DNA of 64,000 nucleotides, from the NCBI GenBank assembly GCA_964016885.1, contig OZ024750.1:35216001-35280000 (forward strand), given 5' to 3'. This document shows, one piece after another, positions 39,247 to 53,949 of this stretch. A model generated the notes under the pieces. That model was not told the origin of the DNA, did not search any database, and saw only the letters and a list, made by a program, of their open reading frames with translations. The first letter of the stretch is position 1. Each line of letters starts with the position of its first letter. The DNA is from Eledone cirrhosa. Its lineage: Eukaryota. Both the position numbers and the translations under genes were made by a program.

Positions 39247-39735
39247 TCATCATCATCATCATTATCATTTTACGTCCGCTTTTCCCTGCTTGCAAGGGTG
39301 GGACGGGTCCTATTCAGCACAGGATCTCTCCACTTGTCATGGTCCTTCGTCATCTCCACTGTGAGCTTCAGCGATCTGAGGTCTGCTCTCACCACCTCCG
39401 CCCATGTTTTTCGTGGTCTACCTCTACCATGTCTTCCTTCAACTGGGATTTCCTGGCACTTCTTCACCCATCGGTCATCTTTCATGCGCATCACATGGCC
39501 ATACCCCTCAGTCTCCTCTCTCACACACTACAACTAATCCCTCTCAGACACAGTTTCTCTCTCAACACATCCATGCTCGGTCGTTCACGCACATTGACAT
39601 TGCGCATCCAACGGAGCATGCTTGCCTCATTTCTCTCCAGCCGTAGCATTTCCTCTGCAGTTACTGCCCATGTCTCACTACCATGCAGCATCGCGCTCCT
39701 CACACAGGCATCATACAACCGGCCTTTTGTATTAA
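39243..39735 (-). mobile_element. RTE LINE 3' fragment (same family as 1307-3163)
   Basis: YDACVRSAMLHGSETW; GRGRPRKTW; (GAT)n tail. Confidence 0.9.
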
Positions 39736-39790
39736 TGCCAAAACAATTATGAGCACAGCAACAAATATATATTATATATATATATATATA

Positions 39791-39968
39791 TCCTGCATCT
39801 CCAACAGACCAGTGTCTGTCCTTAGGGCATCAACATACGTTAACCTTGGTCTTCCTCTTCTAGTGTGTCCATGTAGGGGCTCCCATGGCAGCGATAATGA
39901 GGGACAGAGACCGCTGGAGAGAACTCGTCCATGGATCTCGGGAATTTTACCCGCCTTAGATAGATAGA
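39791..39968. mobile_element. Short 5'-inverted copy of the 30864-32060 LINE family
   Basis: 39791-39884 is the reverse complement of about 31890-31983; 39883-39960 matches 31984-32060; tail tagataga. Confidence 0.85.
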
Positions 39969-39987
39969 TATATATATATATGATAGG

Positions 39988-40702
39988 AAGTTGCCAGGAC
40001 TAGCATAAGGTTTCCCTGCTAGTACCAGTTGCACCTCAGTGTACTCAATAGGTAATGTTATGTATAAATCCCAGAGTAGACACATAGTTAATTGCTTCAA
40101 TACAACACACGTAAATGGGTACCATAAATCTATACCCGTACTCGAGTTTCAACCACACTCAATGCAGCAAGAGAGCATACAGCATCTATTGTCTGAATTT
40201 ATTATGTAACAATGCCAATGGTGGATTGGCAGTATCGGTAGAGAGTCGGACACCATGCTTTGAAGCATAGAGTTACGTTCCTTTATGATCTGAGTTCAAA
40301 TCCCGCCGAGGTTAACTTTGCCTTTCATCCTTACGGGGTCGATAAAATAAAGTACCAGCAATGTACTGGGTAATTTGCTGGCCTTGTGCCAAAAGTAGAA
40401 AGAATTATGTAATAATGCTTGATCAGTGCATGTGGCTTCATCAGTGGGTCTCACCTAATCAATAACCAATCGATCAACAGAATTCGATTCCAGTCTGTGC
40501 AGCCTATGGCAGAGAATGTGATAGGCGACACAGTAGTACATTAGTAACTGAAATCCTTACGCGTCATCAAAATACTGTGATGGTGGGAGTCGAGATTCTA
40601 TTCTTAGGCCCCTCCATAAAGACTCACCAACATATCTCAAGTCAAACACAAATTAACAAGTCAGCGAAAAAATCGATTATTAAAGAAAATCAGTCTCCAA
40701 CC
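39988..40702. mobile_element. Interspersed repeat (cf. 10738-11275) interrupted by a full-length Meta-like SINE at about 40216-40403
   Basis: SINE flanked by attatgtaacaatg / attatgtaataatg; the empty site is visible at 10921. Confidence 0.8.
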
Positions 40703-41031
40703 ACTGCACAATAGAATGGAAGCATTCAACTCCAGTCTCCAAGTACCATGGCGAAAATAGTATGACAGTAACGATGGTAGTGCCTAAAACCTTTCTGGAC
40801 ATTAAATGCCAATAGGCAATTAGACAGTGATATAGAGTTAGTGCGCTGGTTAGAATTAGATTTCAGGATATTGCAACCAACCACGTGCGTAAGACCAATT
40901 TCGAGTCAATAGGTGAGCGAGAGGGAAAGATAGAGCAGGTATTAGAGTGTATGTATACACATATTTATATTTATGTATGTATATTATATATATATATCGA
41001 TATGTATATTATATATATATAGCGATATTAT

Positions 41032-41157
41032 AGTTTTAATATAGATGAGATTCTACAGGACTAGAACTGTTTCATTCTTTAGAAATCATCAGTAATCTGA
41101 TGATTTCTAAAGAATGAAACAGTTCTAGTCCTGTAGAATCTCATCTATATTAAAACT
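41032..41157. repeat. Perfect ~60-bp-arm palindrome containing back-to-back hammerhead cores
   Basis: CTGATGA-tttctaaagaat-GAAA-ca-GTT on both strands; the 5' strand of stem I is lost at the centre. Confidence 0.75.
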
Positions 41158-41554
41158 TTTATACTCTGCAATGTATTGAGTACCTTACTTACTGTGGTTA
41201 CCTCCGATTCAACCCGGAATAACGTACCTATATCAATATTATATATATATATTAATAAAATAAAGTACTAGTAATGCACTGGGTAATTGCTGGCCTTGTG
41301 CCTAAAATAGAAACAATTATTATTATTATTATAGAAATGACTTTTACAGGTTTCGGACGATTCATTCCTAAGATCATAAATATAAATAAATATATCTATA
41401 CTCTACTAAAGTATTGAGTACCTTTTTCAATTATTGTCACTTCCCGATATACAGCAGGAATCATTCTCTGATACAACTCCTAAGAAACATGTGTAAGGAA
41501 ATGAATAAGGTTTGTTTTAAACGATAGAAGTTGATTTATCTATTGATATACTTG

Positions 41555-41604
<50 letters not shown>

Positions 41605-41633
41605 TATATAGATAGATAGATATATAGATAGAT

Positions 41634-41714
<81 letters not shown>

Positions 41715-41719
41715 TAGAT

Positions 41720-42206
41720 AGATTTCTTTATTAGCCACAAGGGCGCAACAAGAAAGGGGACAATACAAAGACATGCCGGGGATTTTACATACAGTCGTGT
41801 AAAAAATATAAAAACAAACAATTTCAACAATCGAAATCCCCAATAGGGGGGAGGCGCCACAAATGGGTTGTTTAATACCCCGTCGATAGAACAACCCTCA
41901 ACTCAAGGAGCGTGTTGTGCAAGTGCTCCTTTCTTCCTTTTGCTCTCTTCCTCAACCTACAGGCTTATAAACAGAGAAGGCCCAATCACTCGGGCCATTT
42001 TCGCTTCATTCACCCACCTTTCAGTAAATTTACTGGGGTGCAGTGCCTCTCTCTCCACCCTGATTCTCCTTCTAAAGTAGTGATACTTAAAGAAGGGAAT
42101 CAATTGTTGTCCGGCGAGAAAGGCATCTGTCCTCAGACCTCTCAACCTCGTCCACCATATAACTTCTTTCACCATAGCCACCGTACAGAGGAAAACCGCC
42201 TCTCTT

Positions 42207-42210
<4 letters not shown>
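41720..42210 (-). mobile_element. Tx1/L1-like LINE 3' fragment
   Basis: VAMVKEVIWWTR...FTERW resembles L1/Tx1 ORF2 C-termini; aataaa near the 3' end; flanked by (TA)n. Confidence 0.55.
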
Positions 42211-43800
<1,590 letters not shown>

Positions 43801-43930
43801 TAAAGTTATATTTAAAATTGTTGGGTTACAACTAGTAAATATTTATAACTGATATAAAAGCACTCGACAAATACTTGGAGTATATTTACAATATTAAATA
43901 AATGGAAAACTATATTTATAAAACCATATT

Positions 43931-43996
43931 TATTTCATTATATATATTTCGGGGATATCATATTAACAATATGCTATGCCTTCATCAGACAAAATA
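43931..43996 (-). ncRNA. Type I hammerhead in the PLE pLTR
   Basis: Reverse complement of 48669-48734. Confidence 0.7.
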
Positions 43997-45672
43997 CAAT
44001 ATAAACAGTTTTATAGATAAATATATTCGACATACCGTAATAAACATCAACTTCATTTGAAGAGGTTCACTCTAGCAGTGAAAATACAGAGAGAAAGAAA
44101 GAGAGAGAGAAAAGAGGGAAATAGGAAAGAAAGAAAGACAAAACGAAGAAAAGGAAGAAAAAGAAGAAAAAGAAAAAGAAGAAATGCATGGGACAAAATA
44201 GAGAGATGGAAAAATAGATAAAGCGAAGAGCTTCATGTAAAGAGACAGAAAGAGATATATATATATAGAGAGAGAGAGAGGAAGTAGAGATAGATACATA
44301 TATAAATATAGATATAGAAAAATTAGGTAGTGGGAGGTCATTTTGAGTAAGTGTATCAATGATGCATTTATTTATTTATTTATTTATTTATTTAGCTCAA
44401 GTATTAATGTAAGGGAGATATATAGAGAGATATAGAGAGATATAGAGAGAGAAAAAAAAAAAAAAAAATAGCCAGACATATTTGAGGCGTAGAGAACCCT
44501 ATGTTTTAATGTATTAGTATTTATAAAACTTACACTATATTGTAAATATCAGTATTCCTGAATGAAACAAGTATTCACAATGCGTGAAAATTCATTATCT
44601 TATGTTTAGTTTTTTAAAAAATTCATATGTCTATGTGAATCCAACTGATTCACTCCGCAAATTCAAAGTTACCGGAAAACATTCTCAATGTGGTATAAAA
44701 ATTTGAGCGTATTATTATTCTTGCGATTACTCTACAAGATTATCTATCAAGCAGAAATAGAGTGCAGATTTCAATATACTAATCGAAAATATATATTATA
44801 TTATAAGCAGAGATAACAATAATAATGATAATAAGTAAAAATATATAAAAATATAAAAATATAGAATAGAAAACTAAAAGAGAATATTACGAAAGAATAT
44901 TACATAATAAAAATATTGCATATTAAAAATACTACGTATTAAAAATATTACGTATTAAAACTTTACATATAAAAATATTAAAAATAAAAATTTACATATA
45001 AAAATATTAAAAAATATTAAAAATAAAAATAAAATAAAATAAAAAAAATAAAAATATTATAGAATACTACAATACTAAAAGAATAAAAATAAAAATAAAA
45101 ATAAAAATAAAAATAAAAATAAAAATAAAAATAAAAATAAAAATAAAAATAAAAATAAAAATAAAAATAAAAATAAAAATAAAAATAAAAATAAAAATAA
45201 AAATAAAAATAAAAATAAAAATAAAAATAAAAATAAAAATAAAAATAAAAATAAAAATAAAAATAAACCACAAAGAACAACCCTTCAAAGTTAATTGACA
45301 ATATATTGCCAAGTTCACTACAAGACAAAGCCAAAAATTATCTATCAAATCACATCTAGCAAGGAATATCGCAAAAAAAGATTATGATGTCCAATAATGT
45401 CTACATATGCTCCTATATTTAATATATAAGTTTATCAAGTGTAAGGTTAATTAAAAAAAAAAAAAAAATTTGGAGCATCGGCTTTTAGGGTAGCTTAATT
45501 TTTCATGAGGAATGTTTAGATAAAAATAAAAATAAAAATAAAAATAAAAATAAAAATAAAAAATAAATAAAATAAAATAAACAATAAAAAGAGTAAAAAG
45601 AGGGAATCAAAGATTTAGGAATCAAAAGATGTATCGGCTAGTTCTCATATAAATATAAATCAAACTAAATAT

Positions 45673-46915
45673 ACTACATTTTAAATTTAAATTTATATTT
45701 AAACGTTGAGTTTAATCTATGTTTGCAACAACTGAATAAATTTGTCCGTAGGTTAAGGGAATTTTTAGATTTTAGTATAAAGAATATCTCCTCTGCGCAG
45801 AGGTCACATGTCTCAGAGGATGAATTAAAAGGAATCCCTCTTGAGACTATATTCCAAGCCGTCGAATATCTAACGTTATCTAGCTTAAGTTGCCAGAGTA
45901 CACCTGATAGTGCCGTTGAAGATTTTTTATTTGGATCTGTGAAAGAATTCTTGTGGTTATTATAGCGAAGTTTAAATTCCGTCGATGTGGAACCGACGTA
46001 GTTAAAAGAATTAGAGTCAGTATTAACATTACAATTGTATACTATATTTTTAACTAAGCAGTTGTTATTTAACGGACATTTAGATCTATCTCTACAGTTA
46101 CATTTGTTAACTTGTATATTATTTATGCTATTATCAGTAGGTTTTAAGTTCCTATTATTTATTCTATTAATATTTTGTGCTAAATTTTTGGTGGATGAGT
46201 AGGTTAATTTAATTGTATGCCTATTGAAGATTGAGTGGTACCTATGTGTTCTAGGGAAGCGATTATCAAGAGCTTTGAAAAATAATTTAGCGATGTGGGT
46301 TTTAATGTTTAGTGAGAAAGGGGGGGCAAACCAAATTATGTTCCTAGTTCTATTTCTTTTTTGTCCTTTGGAATTATTGTAATGCTTTCTATTATAGTTG
46401 TTAATGTTGTTGCCGTCATTAAAAAGTTGTTACTTTGTTTAGTTTGTTTATCATTATCTATGTACACAATCTTATCAGCATACCCTGCCCTAGCTAGTGC
46501 ATCATTATAGTATTGGGCCTTTTCGTCAAAAATCTTTCTATTCGACGAGATCCTAGAGATACGTTTTTGGACTGAGTTTACTATAGTGTTTTTGACAGAT
46601 CTGGGGTGGTTAGAGTTAAAGTTGACATAGTTTAAGTTTTCATTCAACTTGTGAAAAGGATAGTGGAGACATGTGTTGAGATTTAATGTTATATCTAGGA
46701 AATTGACTATTCAATGGTTGTTCTCAATTTCTATTTTAAGGTTAAAGTAATTAAAAAATTTTGTAATTTGTTTACATTTTCTATTTAGTTCAGGGTTATT
46801 ATTATTAATAAGTAAAAGCATGTCATCCCTATATAAACCTCCGGTAGTACCAGGTATTTTCCTATGTAGCGAATTGATTAAAAATAAGCCCACAAGGTCA
46901 GTTACCTCTGCGCAG
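45673..46915 (-). pseudogene. Penelope-type RT C-terminal half plus GIY-YIG endonuclease (stop- and frameshift-interrupted)
   Basis: SAEVTDLVGLF...GLYRDD; SNHP; WFAPPFS; CNCRDRSKCPLNNNCL; IVYNC...YVGST..FKLRYNNH; CDLCAEE; LNLRTNLFSCCKH. Confidence 0.9.
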
Positions 46916-48668
46916 AGGAGATATTCTTTATACTAAAATCTAAAAATTCCCTTAACCTACGGACAAATTTATTCAGTTGTTGCAAACATAGATTAAACTC
47001 AACGTTTAAATATAAATTTAAATTTAAAATGTAGTATATTTAGTTTGATTTATATTTATATGAGAACTAGCCGATAAATCTTTTGATTCCTAAATCTTTG
47101 ATTCCCTCTTTTTACTCTTTTTATTGTTTATTTTATTTTATTTATTTTTTATTTTTATTTTTATTTTTATCTAAACATTCCTCATGAAAAATTAAGCTAC
47201 CCTAAAAGCCGATGCTCCAAATTTTTTTTTTTTTTTAATTAACCTTACACTTGATAAACTTATATATTAAATATAGGAGCATATGTAGACATTATTGGAC
47301 ATCATAATCTTTTTTTGCGATATTCCTTGCTAGATGTGATTTGATAGATAATTTTTGGCTTTGTCTTGTAGTGAACTTGGCAATATATTGTCAATTAACT
47401 TTGAAGGGTTGTTCTTTGTGGTTTATTTTTATTTTTATTTTCATTTTTATTTTTATTTTTATTTTTATTTTTATTTTTATTTTTATTTTTATTTTTATTT
47501 TTATTTTTATTTTTATTTTTATTTTTATTTTTATTTTTATTTTTATTTTTATTTTTATTTTTATTTTTATTTTTATTTTTATTCTTTTAGTATTGTAGTA
47601 TTCTATAATATTTTTATTTTTTTTATTTTATTTTATTTTTATTTTTAATATTTTTTAATATTTTTATATGTAAATTTTTATTTTTAATATTTTTATATGT
47701 AAAGTTTTAATACGTAATATTTTTAATACGTAGTATTTTTAATATGCAATATTTTTATTATGTAATATTCTTTCGTAATATTCTCTTTTAGTTTTCTATT
47801 CTATATTTCTATATTTTTATATATTTTTACTTATTATCATTATTATTGTTATCTCTGCTTATAATATAATATATATTTTCGATTAGTATATTGAAATCTG
47901 CTCTCTATTTCTGCTTGATAGATAATCTTGTAGAGTAATCGCAAGAATAATAATACGCTCAAATTTTTATACCACATTGAGAATGTTTTCCGGTAACTTT
48001 GAATTTGCGGAGTGAATCAGTTGGATTCACATAGACATATGAATTTTTTAAAAAACTAAACATAAGATAATGAATTTTCACGCATTGTGAATACTTGTTT
48101 CATTCAGGAATACTGATATTTACAATATAGTGTAAGTTTTATAAATACTAATACATTAAAACATAGGGTTCTCTACGCCTCAAATATGTCTGGCTATTTT
48201 TTTTTTATTTTTTCTCTCTCTATATCTCTCTATATCTCTCTATATATCTCCCTTACATTAATACTTGAGCTAAATAAATAAATAAATAAATAAATAAATG
48301 CATCATTGATACACTTACTCAAAATGACCTCCCACTACCTAATTTTTCTATATCTATATTTATATATGTATCTATCTCTACTTCCTCTCTCTCTCTATAT
48401 ATATATATATCTCTTTCTGTCTCTTTACATGAAGCTCTTCGCTTTATCTATTTTTCCATCTCTCTATTTTGTCCCATGCATTTCTTCTTTTTCTTTTTCT
48501 TCTTTTTCTTCCTTTTCTTCGTTTTGTCTTTCTTTCTTTCCTATTTCCCTCTTTTCTCTCTCTCTTTCTTTCTCTCTGTATTTTCACTGCTAGAGTGAAC
48601 CTCTTCAAATGAAGTTGATGTTTATTACGGTATGTCGAATATATTTATCTATAAAACTGTTTATATTG

Positions 48669-48734
48669 TATTTTGTCTGATGAAGGCATAGCATATTGTT
48701 AATATGATATCCCCGAAATATATATAATGAAATA
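48669..48734 (+). ncRNA. Type I hammerhead in the inverted PLE arm
   Basis: tattttgt-CTGATGA-stem II (catatt/aatatg)-GAAA-tatata-TA-atgaaata. Confidence 0.7.
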
Positions 48735-48772
48735 AATATGGTTTTATAAATATAGTTTTCCATTTATTTAAT

Positions 48773-48862
<90 letters not shown>

Positions 48863-48863
48863 C

Positions 48864-48924
<61 letters not shown>

Positions 48925-48925
48925 C

Positions 48926-48998
<73 letters not shown>

Positions 48999-48999
48999 T

Positions 49000-51772
49000 A
49001 TAACTTTGAATAACTTTGAAATGTTTTGGCCAGTATTGGCCCAGGCCATGTCTAACTTAATAGCACCACCTGGCGAGGTCTTTCAATTCAGGATTTGGGC
49101 ACCATGGCCCATTCGAGAAGAGAATTACTGTTTGCGGAGACATATCCGGGTGTGGGTGGTTTGTCCGGGATTACTTGGGGGAATTTGTCCAAAGACATCT
49201 TGAATTTTGTGTGGTCAGTTTCTGTTTTGACGTGTCCTGGTGTGATGTTGAAGAGAGCAGGGCCGATTGAGGTGAAATAATTGTGCCGTATTGTTGTTAT
49301 GAGTTGCGATTTAGATTTTTGAATGGGACGGATAGCACGGGGCCCAAGCCTTGGGTGTATCTTGAAGGTGATGCCAACATCATTTGGGCAGTGATGATGG
49401 AACATTTTCCACATCATGCAGATAATATAACGCTCACGGCGACGTTGGAGTGAGTAAAGTTTCAGGTTTTCTAATCAACCCCAGTAGTCAAGGTCTGACA
49501 TGCCATCTATCTTTTTCGTGATTGCCCTTTGAGGAGCTTCAAGTTTCATGATACTTTGTTTCGTGTGGGGAGACCACAGTGGACAACAGTATTCAAGGTG
49601 TGGTCGGGCAAAAGTAGAGAAGAGAAGGATAATGGTGCGGGAATCTCTCGACTGGAAGGTTCTGAGGATCCAGGAACACATTCTGCGGGCCATGTCAACT
49701 TTGCTGCTTATATGCGTGGTCCAGCTTATGTTGCTGTCCACGGTTACTCCCAAGTCTCTGATGTTGTTGGATGCCACGAGAGTTTCCCCGGAGGGAAGGG
49801 AGTACGGGAGTTTCAGAGCATCCTCTTTTCCAAAGTGGATCAGTTCGAATTTGTCTTCGTTCAGTAACATGTTGTTCTTTTCCGCCCATTGGGTAACAGC
49901 CAGTAGGTCTGACTGAAGGCTTATCCGGTCATCCACGCCATTGATGACCTTTTGGAGCTTGGAATCATCAGCGAAAATTTTAATGTTGCTGTGTTTGATG
50001 ATGTCAGTGATGTCATTAATATAGATGATGAAGAGAAGTGGGCCCAACACTGTGCCTTGTGGGACCCACTACTGACTTTGGCTGGGCTGGATTTGACTCC
50101 CTCAACTACAACATGTTGGGTTCTGTTTGACAGGAAGCTCTTGATCCACTGCAGCAGCTTTCCAGTGACACCAATATTGGACAGCTTTCTCAGTAGAATG
50201 TTATGATCAACCCTGTCAAAGGCCTTGCTGAAATCAAGGTAGATAACATCAGTGTTGGAACCCTCTCCCAAGGCTCTCAAAATGTCATCAAAGTGATGCA
50301 GTAGCTGCGTCAGGCAATCTCTTCCATTACGGAATCCATGGTGGTTGGAGTTCAGCATATTGTTACTCTCAAGGAAGTGGGTCATTCGCGATCTCACCAC
50401 TCTCTCAAATACCTTAATGATATGAGAGGTGAGTGAGATTGGACGGTAATTCACGGCAAGGGATTTGTTTCCCTTTTTGAAAACTGGGACAACAGACTGG
50501 GATAGAAGGTTTTCTGGCACATATCCAGCATCCAGTGAGTTCCGCCACAGATTGGCAAGAGGAGATGCAAGTTGGTGTTGACACGCCTTCAAGACACAAG
50601 CAGGGAACCTATCGGGACCTACTGCTGAATTATGCTTGATTTCCTTTATTGCCGCCAAGACATCAGGGGCGCCAAACGTTATGTCCGATAAGGTGTAATG
50701 GGGAGTAACATCGCCGATACAGCCCAGATCGGCCATATCAGGATTGCTGAAAACAGAGCAGTATTGTTTCTGCAGTATCTCACCCATGGTTTTAGCATTG
50801 TCTTGAAGAGTGCCATTTTCATCAATTAGAGGGCCAACAGTAGAGCCAGTGATTTTGTGTTTTTTTGCAAATGAAAAGAACACTTTGGGATTGAGTTTGA
50901 TCTTCTCAATGGCCCAGGCCTCCTCAGCTCTTCTCTGATTGTTGATGAGGGACATTATGTTGTTTTGGAGGTTATGTTTTTTAATCTCTAGTGATGAAAT
51001 GGCAGTTAAGTTGATGTGTTGCTGCTGACAGTATTTCAGCTTGTTGATTTTTTTGTTCGTTCTCTTAATTTTTCTGATGAGCGTTTTTCTATTTCTAGGG
51101 ATTCTGCTCTTAGATTTGTTTATAGTTCTTAATGGGGTGTGTTTAGCACATATGTTTGTAACAGTGTCCACAAATGTCTGCCAGGACTTTTTGATGTTAG
51201 TGGGTGTATGAGTGTGCGTGAAGGACCAGTCGACATGTGCAAGATCATGACTGATCGCTTCCCAGTTTGCATTGTGGAAATCCATAGCGTCAAACGGATG
51301 GACAGGAGAGAAGACATTGGGTTTGTATATTGGACGGTGGAATCTCAGATCACAGAGAACCATTTCATGATCAGAGAGTAGAGTTTTCTCCACTGCAATA
51401 TTGTGGATATTGTCAGTGTGATTGCTGAAAATTAAGTCTAGGACGTTTTTGTGGCACCTCGTTGGTTCGAGCACCAGTTGGGATAGGAAGAAATCATCCA
51501 TGAAGTCAAGAAGCGATTCCACAGCTTCCCTGTCAGAGGTTGAGGCAGAAGAACCTGGTGGCAGGCTGTTTGTGGACCAGTCAACTCCGGGGAGGTTGAA
51601 GTCCCCCATCATTAAGATGTTGTCAGGGTGACACTCTTGGATGAAACACTTTATGCTGTTGAGGCATTCCTTGAAGCATGGTACAGGCGTTTGGGGTGGC
51701 CTATAGAGCCCAACTACTAATAGGTTGTTGGTTTGACTGAATACAGTGACTGCCTCACAGTATCCATTAGTG
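49000..51772 (-). mobile_element. CR1-group LINE, 5' truncated within the APE domain; ORF2 with one frameshift and one stop
   Basis: YRPP, MGDFN, LDLIF, SDH (APE); NYRPISLTS, YLDFSKAFD, FADDSK, RPHLEYCCPLWSP (RT); frameshift near 50070; in-frame TGA at 49475; tail (ttcaaagtta)x2. Confidence 0.93.
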
Positions 51773-51799
51773 AATATATATATATATATATTCACTAAT

Positions 51800-51847
<48 letters not shown>

Positions 51848-52992
51848 TGAAACAAAATGAAAACGAAATTTCATTTCTCACTCTTAGTATGGCACTTACT
51901 TAAATGTAAGTATGCATGTATACGTACATACATATATGTATACAGACGTACAGTAGCATGCACATATATATATATATATACATATATACATACATATGCA
52001 TACAGGTACACATACATATATGCACGTATCAGTTTAGCGGCGCTAACGTCGCTTTGTTCGTTTGTAAACAAACTGAACAGCCTGAATTTATGCCATACAG
52101 TGTTAAGGCAACCACGTCACCTTTTTGTTCAACACTGACACAGGAACGATGTACTAGTTTCAAGCTTGTTAGCTATCATCAGCACCGTTTACCCATCTGC
52201 CAGATAGTTGAACGTTCGAAAGTATATACTTTCCTTATGAAAATTAACGGCTGAGCAGCCTAATTTGCATATTGAGTGAGTTAAATCGGTCAGGCATACC
52301 GAAAACGATAAATTGAAACAAAATGAAAACGAAATTTCATTTCTCACTCTTAGTATGGCACTTACTTAAATGTAAGTATGCATGTATACGTACATACATA
52401 TATGTATACAGACGTACAGTAGCATGCACATATATATATATATATACATATATACATACATATGCATACAGGTACACACACATATATGCACGTATCAGTT
52501 TAGCGGCGCTAACGTCGCTTTGTTCGTTTGTAAACAAACTGAACAGCCTGAATTTATGCCATACGGTGTTAAGGCAACCACGTCACCTTTTTGTTCAACA
52601 CTGACACACCGATTTAACTCACTCAATATGCAAATTAGGCTGCTCAGCCGTTAATTTTCATAAGGAAAGTATATACTTTCGAACGTTCAACTATCTGGCA
52701 GATGGGTAAACGGTGCTGATGATAGCTAACAAGCTTGAAACTAGTACATCGTTCCTGTGTCAGTGTTGAACAAAAAGGTGATGTGGTTGCCTTAACACCG
52801 TATGGCATAAATTCAGGCTGTTCAGTTTGTTTACAAACGAACAAAGCGACGTTAGCGCCGCTAAACTGATACGTGCATATATGTATGTGTACCTGTATGC
52901 ATATGTATGTATATATGTATATATATATATATATGTGCATGCTACTGTACGTCTGTATACATATATGTATGTACGTATACATGCATACTTAC

Positions 52993-53077
<85 letters not shown>

Positions 53078-53823
53078 TATGCATGTATACGTACATACAT
53101 ATATGTATACAGACGTACAGTAGCATGCACATATATATATATATATACATATATACATACATATGCATACAGGTACACATACATATATGCACGTATCAGT
53201 TTAGCGGCGCTAACGTCGCTTTGTTCGTTTGTAAACAAACTGAACAGCCTGAATTTATGCCATACGGTGTTAAGGCAACCACGTCACCTTTTTGTTCAAC
53301 ACTGACACAGGAACGATGTACTAGTTTCAAGCTTGTTAGCTATCATCAGCACCGTTTACCCATCTGCCAGATAGTTGAACGTTCGAAAGTATATACTTTC
53401 CTTATGAAAATTAACGGCTGAGCAGCCTAATTTGCATATTGAGTGAGTTAAATCGGTCAGGCATACCGAAAACGATAAATTGAAACAAAATGAAAACGAA
53501 ATTTCATTTCTCACTCTTAGTATGGCACTTACTTAAATGTAAGTATGCATGTATACGTACATACATATATGTATACAGACGTTAGCGCCGCTAAACTGAT
53601 ACGTGCATATATGTATGTGTACCTGTATGCATATGTATGTATATATGTATATATATATATATATGTGCATGCTACTGTACGTCTGTATACATATATGTAT
53701 GTACGTATACATGCATACTTACATTTAAGTAAGTGCCATACTAAGAGTGAGAAATGAAATTTCGTTTTCATTTTGTTTCAATTTATCGTTTTCGGTATGC
53801 CTGACCGATTTAACTCACTCAAT

Positions 53824-53871
53824 ATGCAAATTAGGCTGCTCAGCCGTTAATTTTCATAAGGAAAGTATATA
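53824..53871 (+). promoter_or_regulatory. Candidate snRNA-type internal promoter (octamer ATGCAAAT, PSE-like block, TATA-like motif), one per unit
   Basis: ATGCAAAT at 53824-53831 and TAATTTTCATAAGGAAAGTATATA at 53848-53871; conserved in the sister family at 42932-42978. Confidence 0.5.
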
Positions 53872-53904
53872 CTTTCGAACGTTCAACTATCTGGCAGATG
53901 GGTA

Positions 53905-53949
53905 AACGGTGCTGATGATAGCTAACAAGCTTGAAACTAGTACATCGTT
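53905..53949 (+). ncRNA. Type I hammerhead ribozyme (representative copy), predicted cleavage after GUA at 53942
   Basis: 7-bp stem I, complete CUGAUGA/GAAA core, 3-bp stem II, palindromic ACUAGU stem III. Confidence 0.9.
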
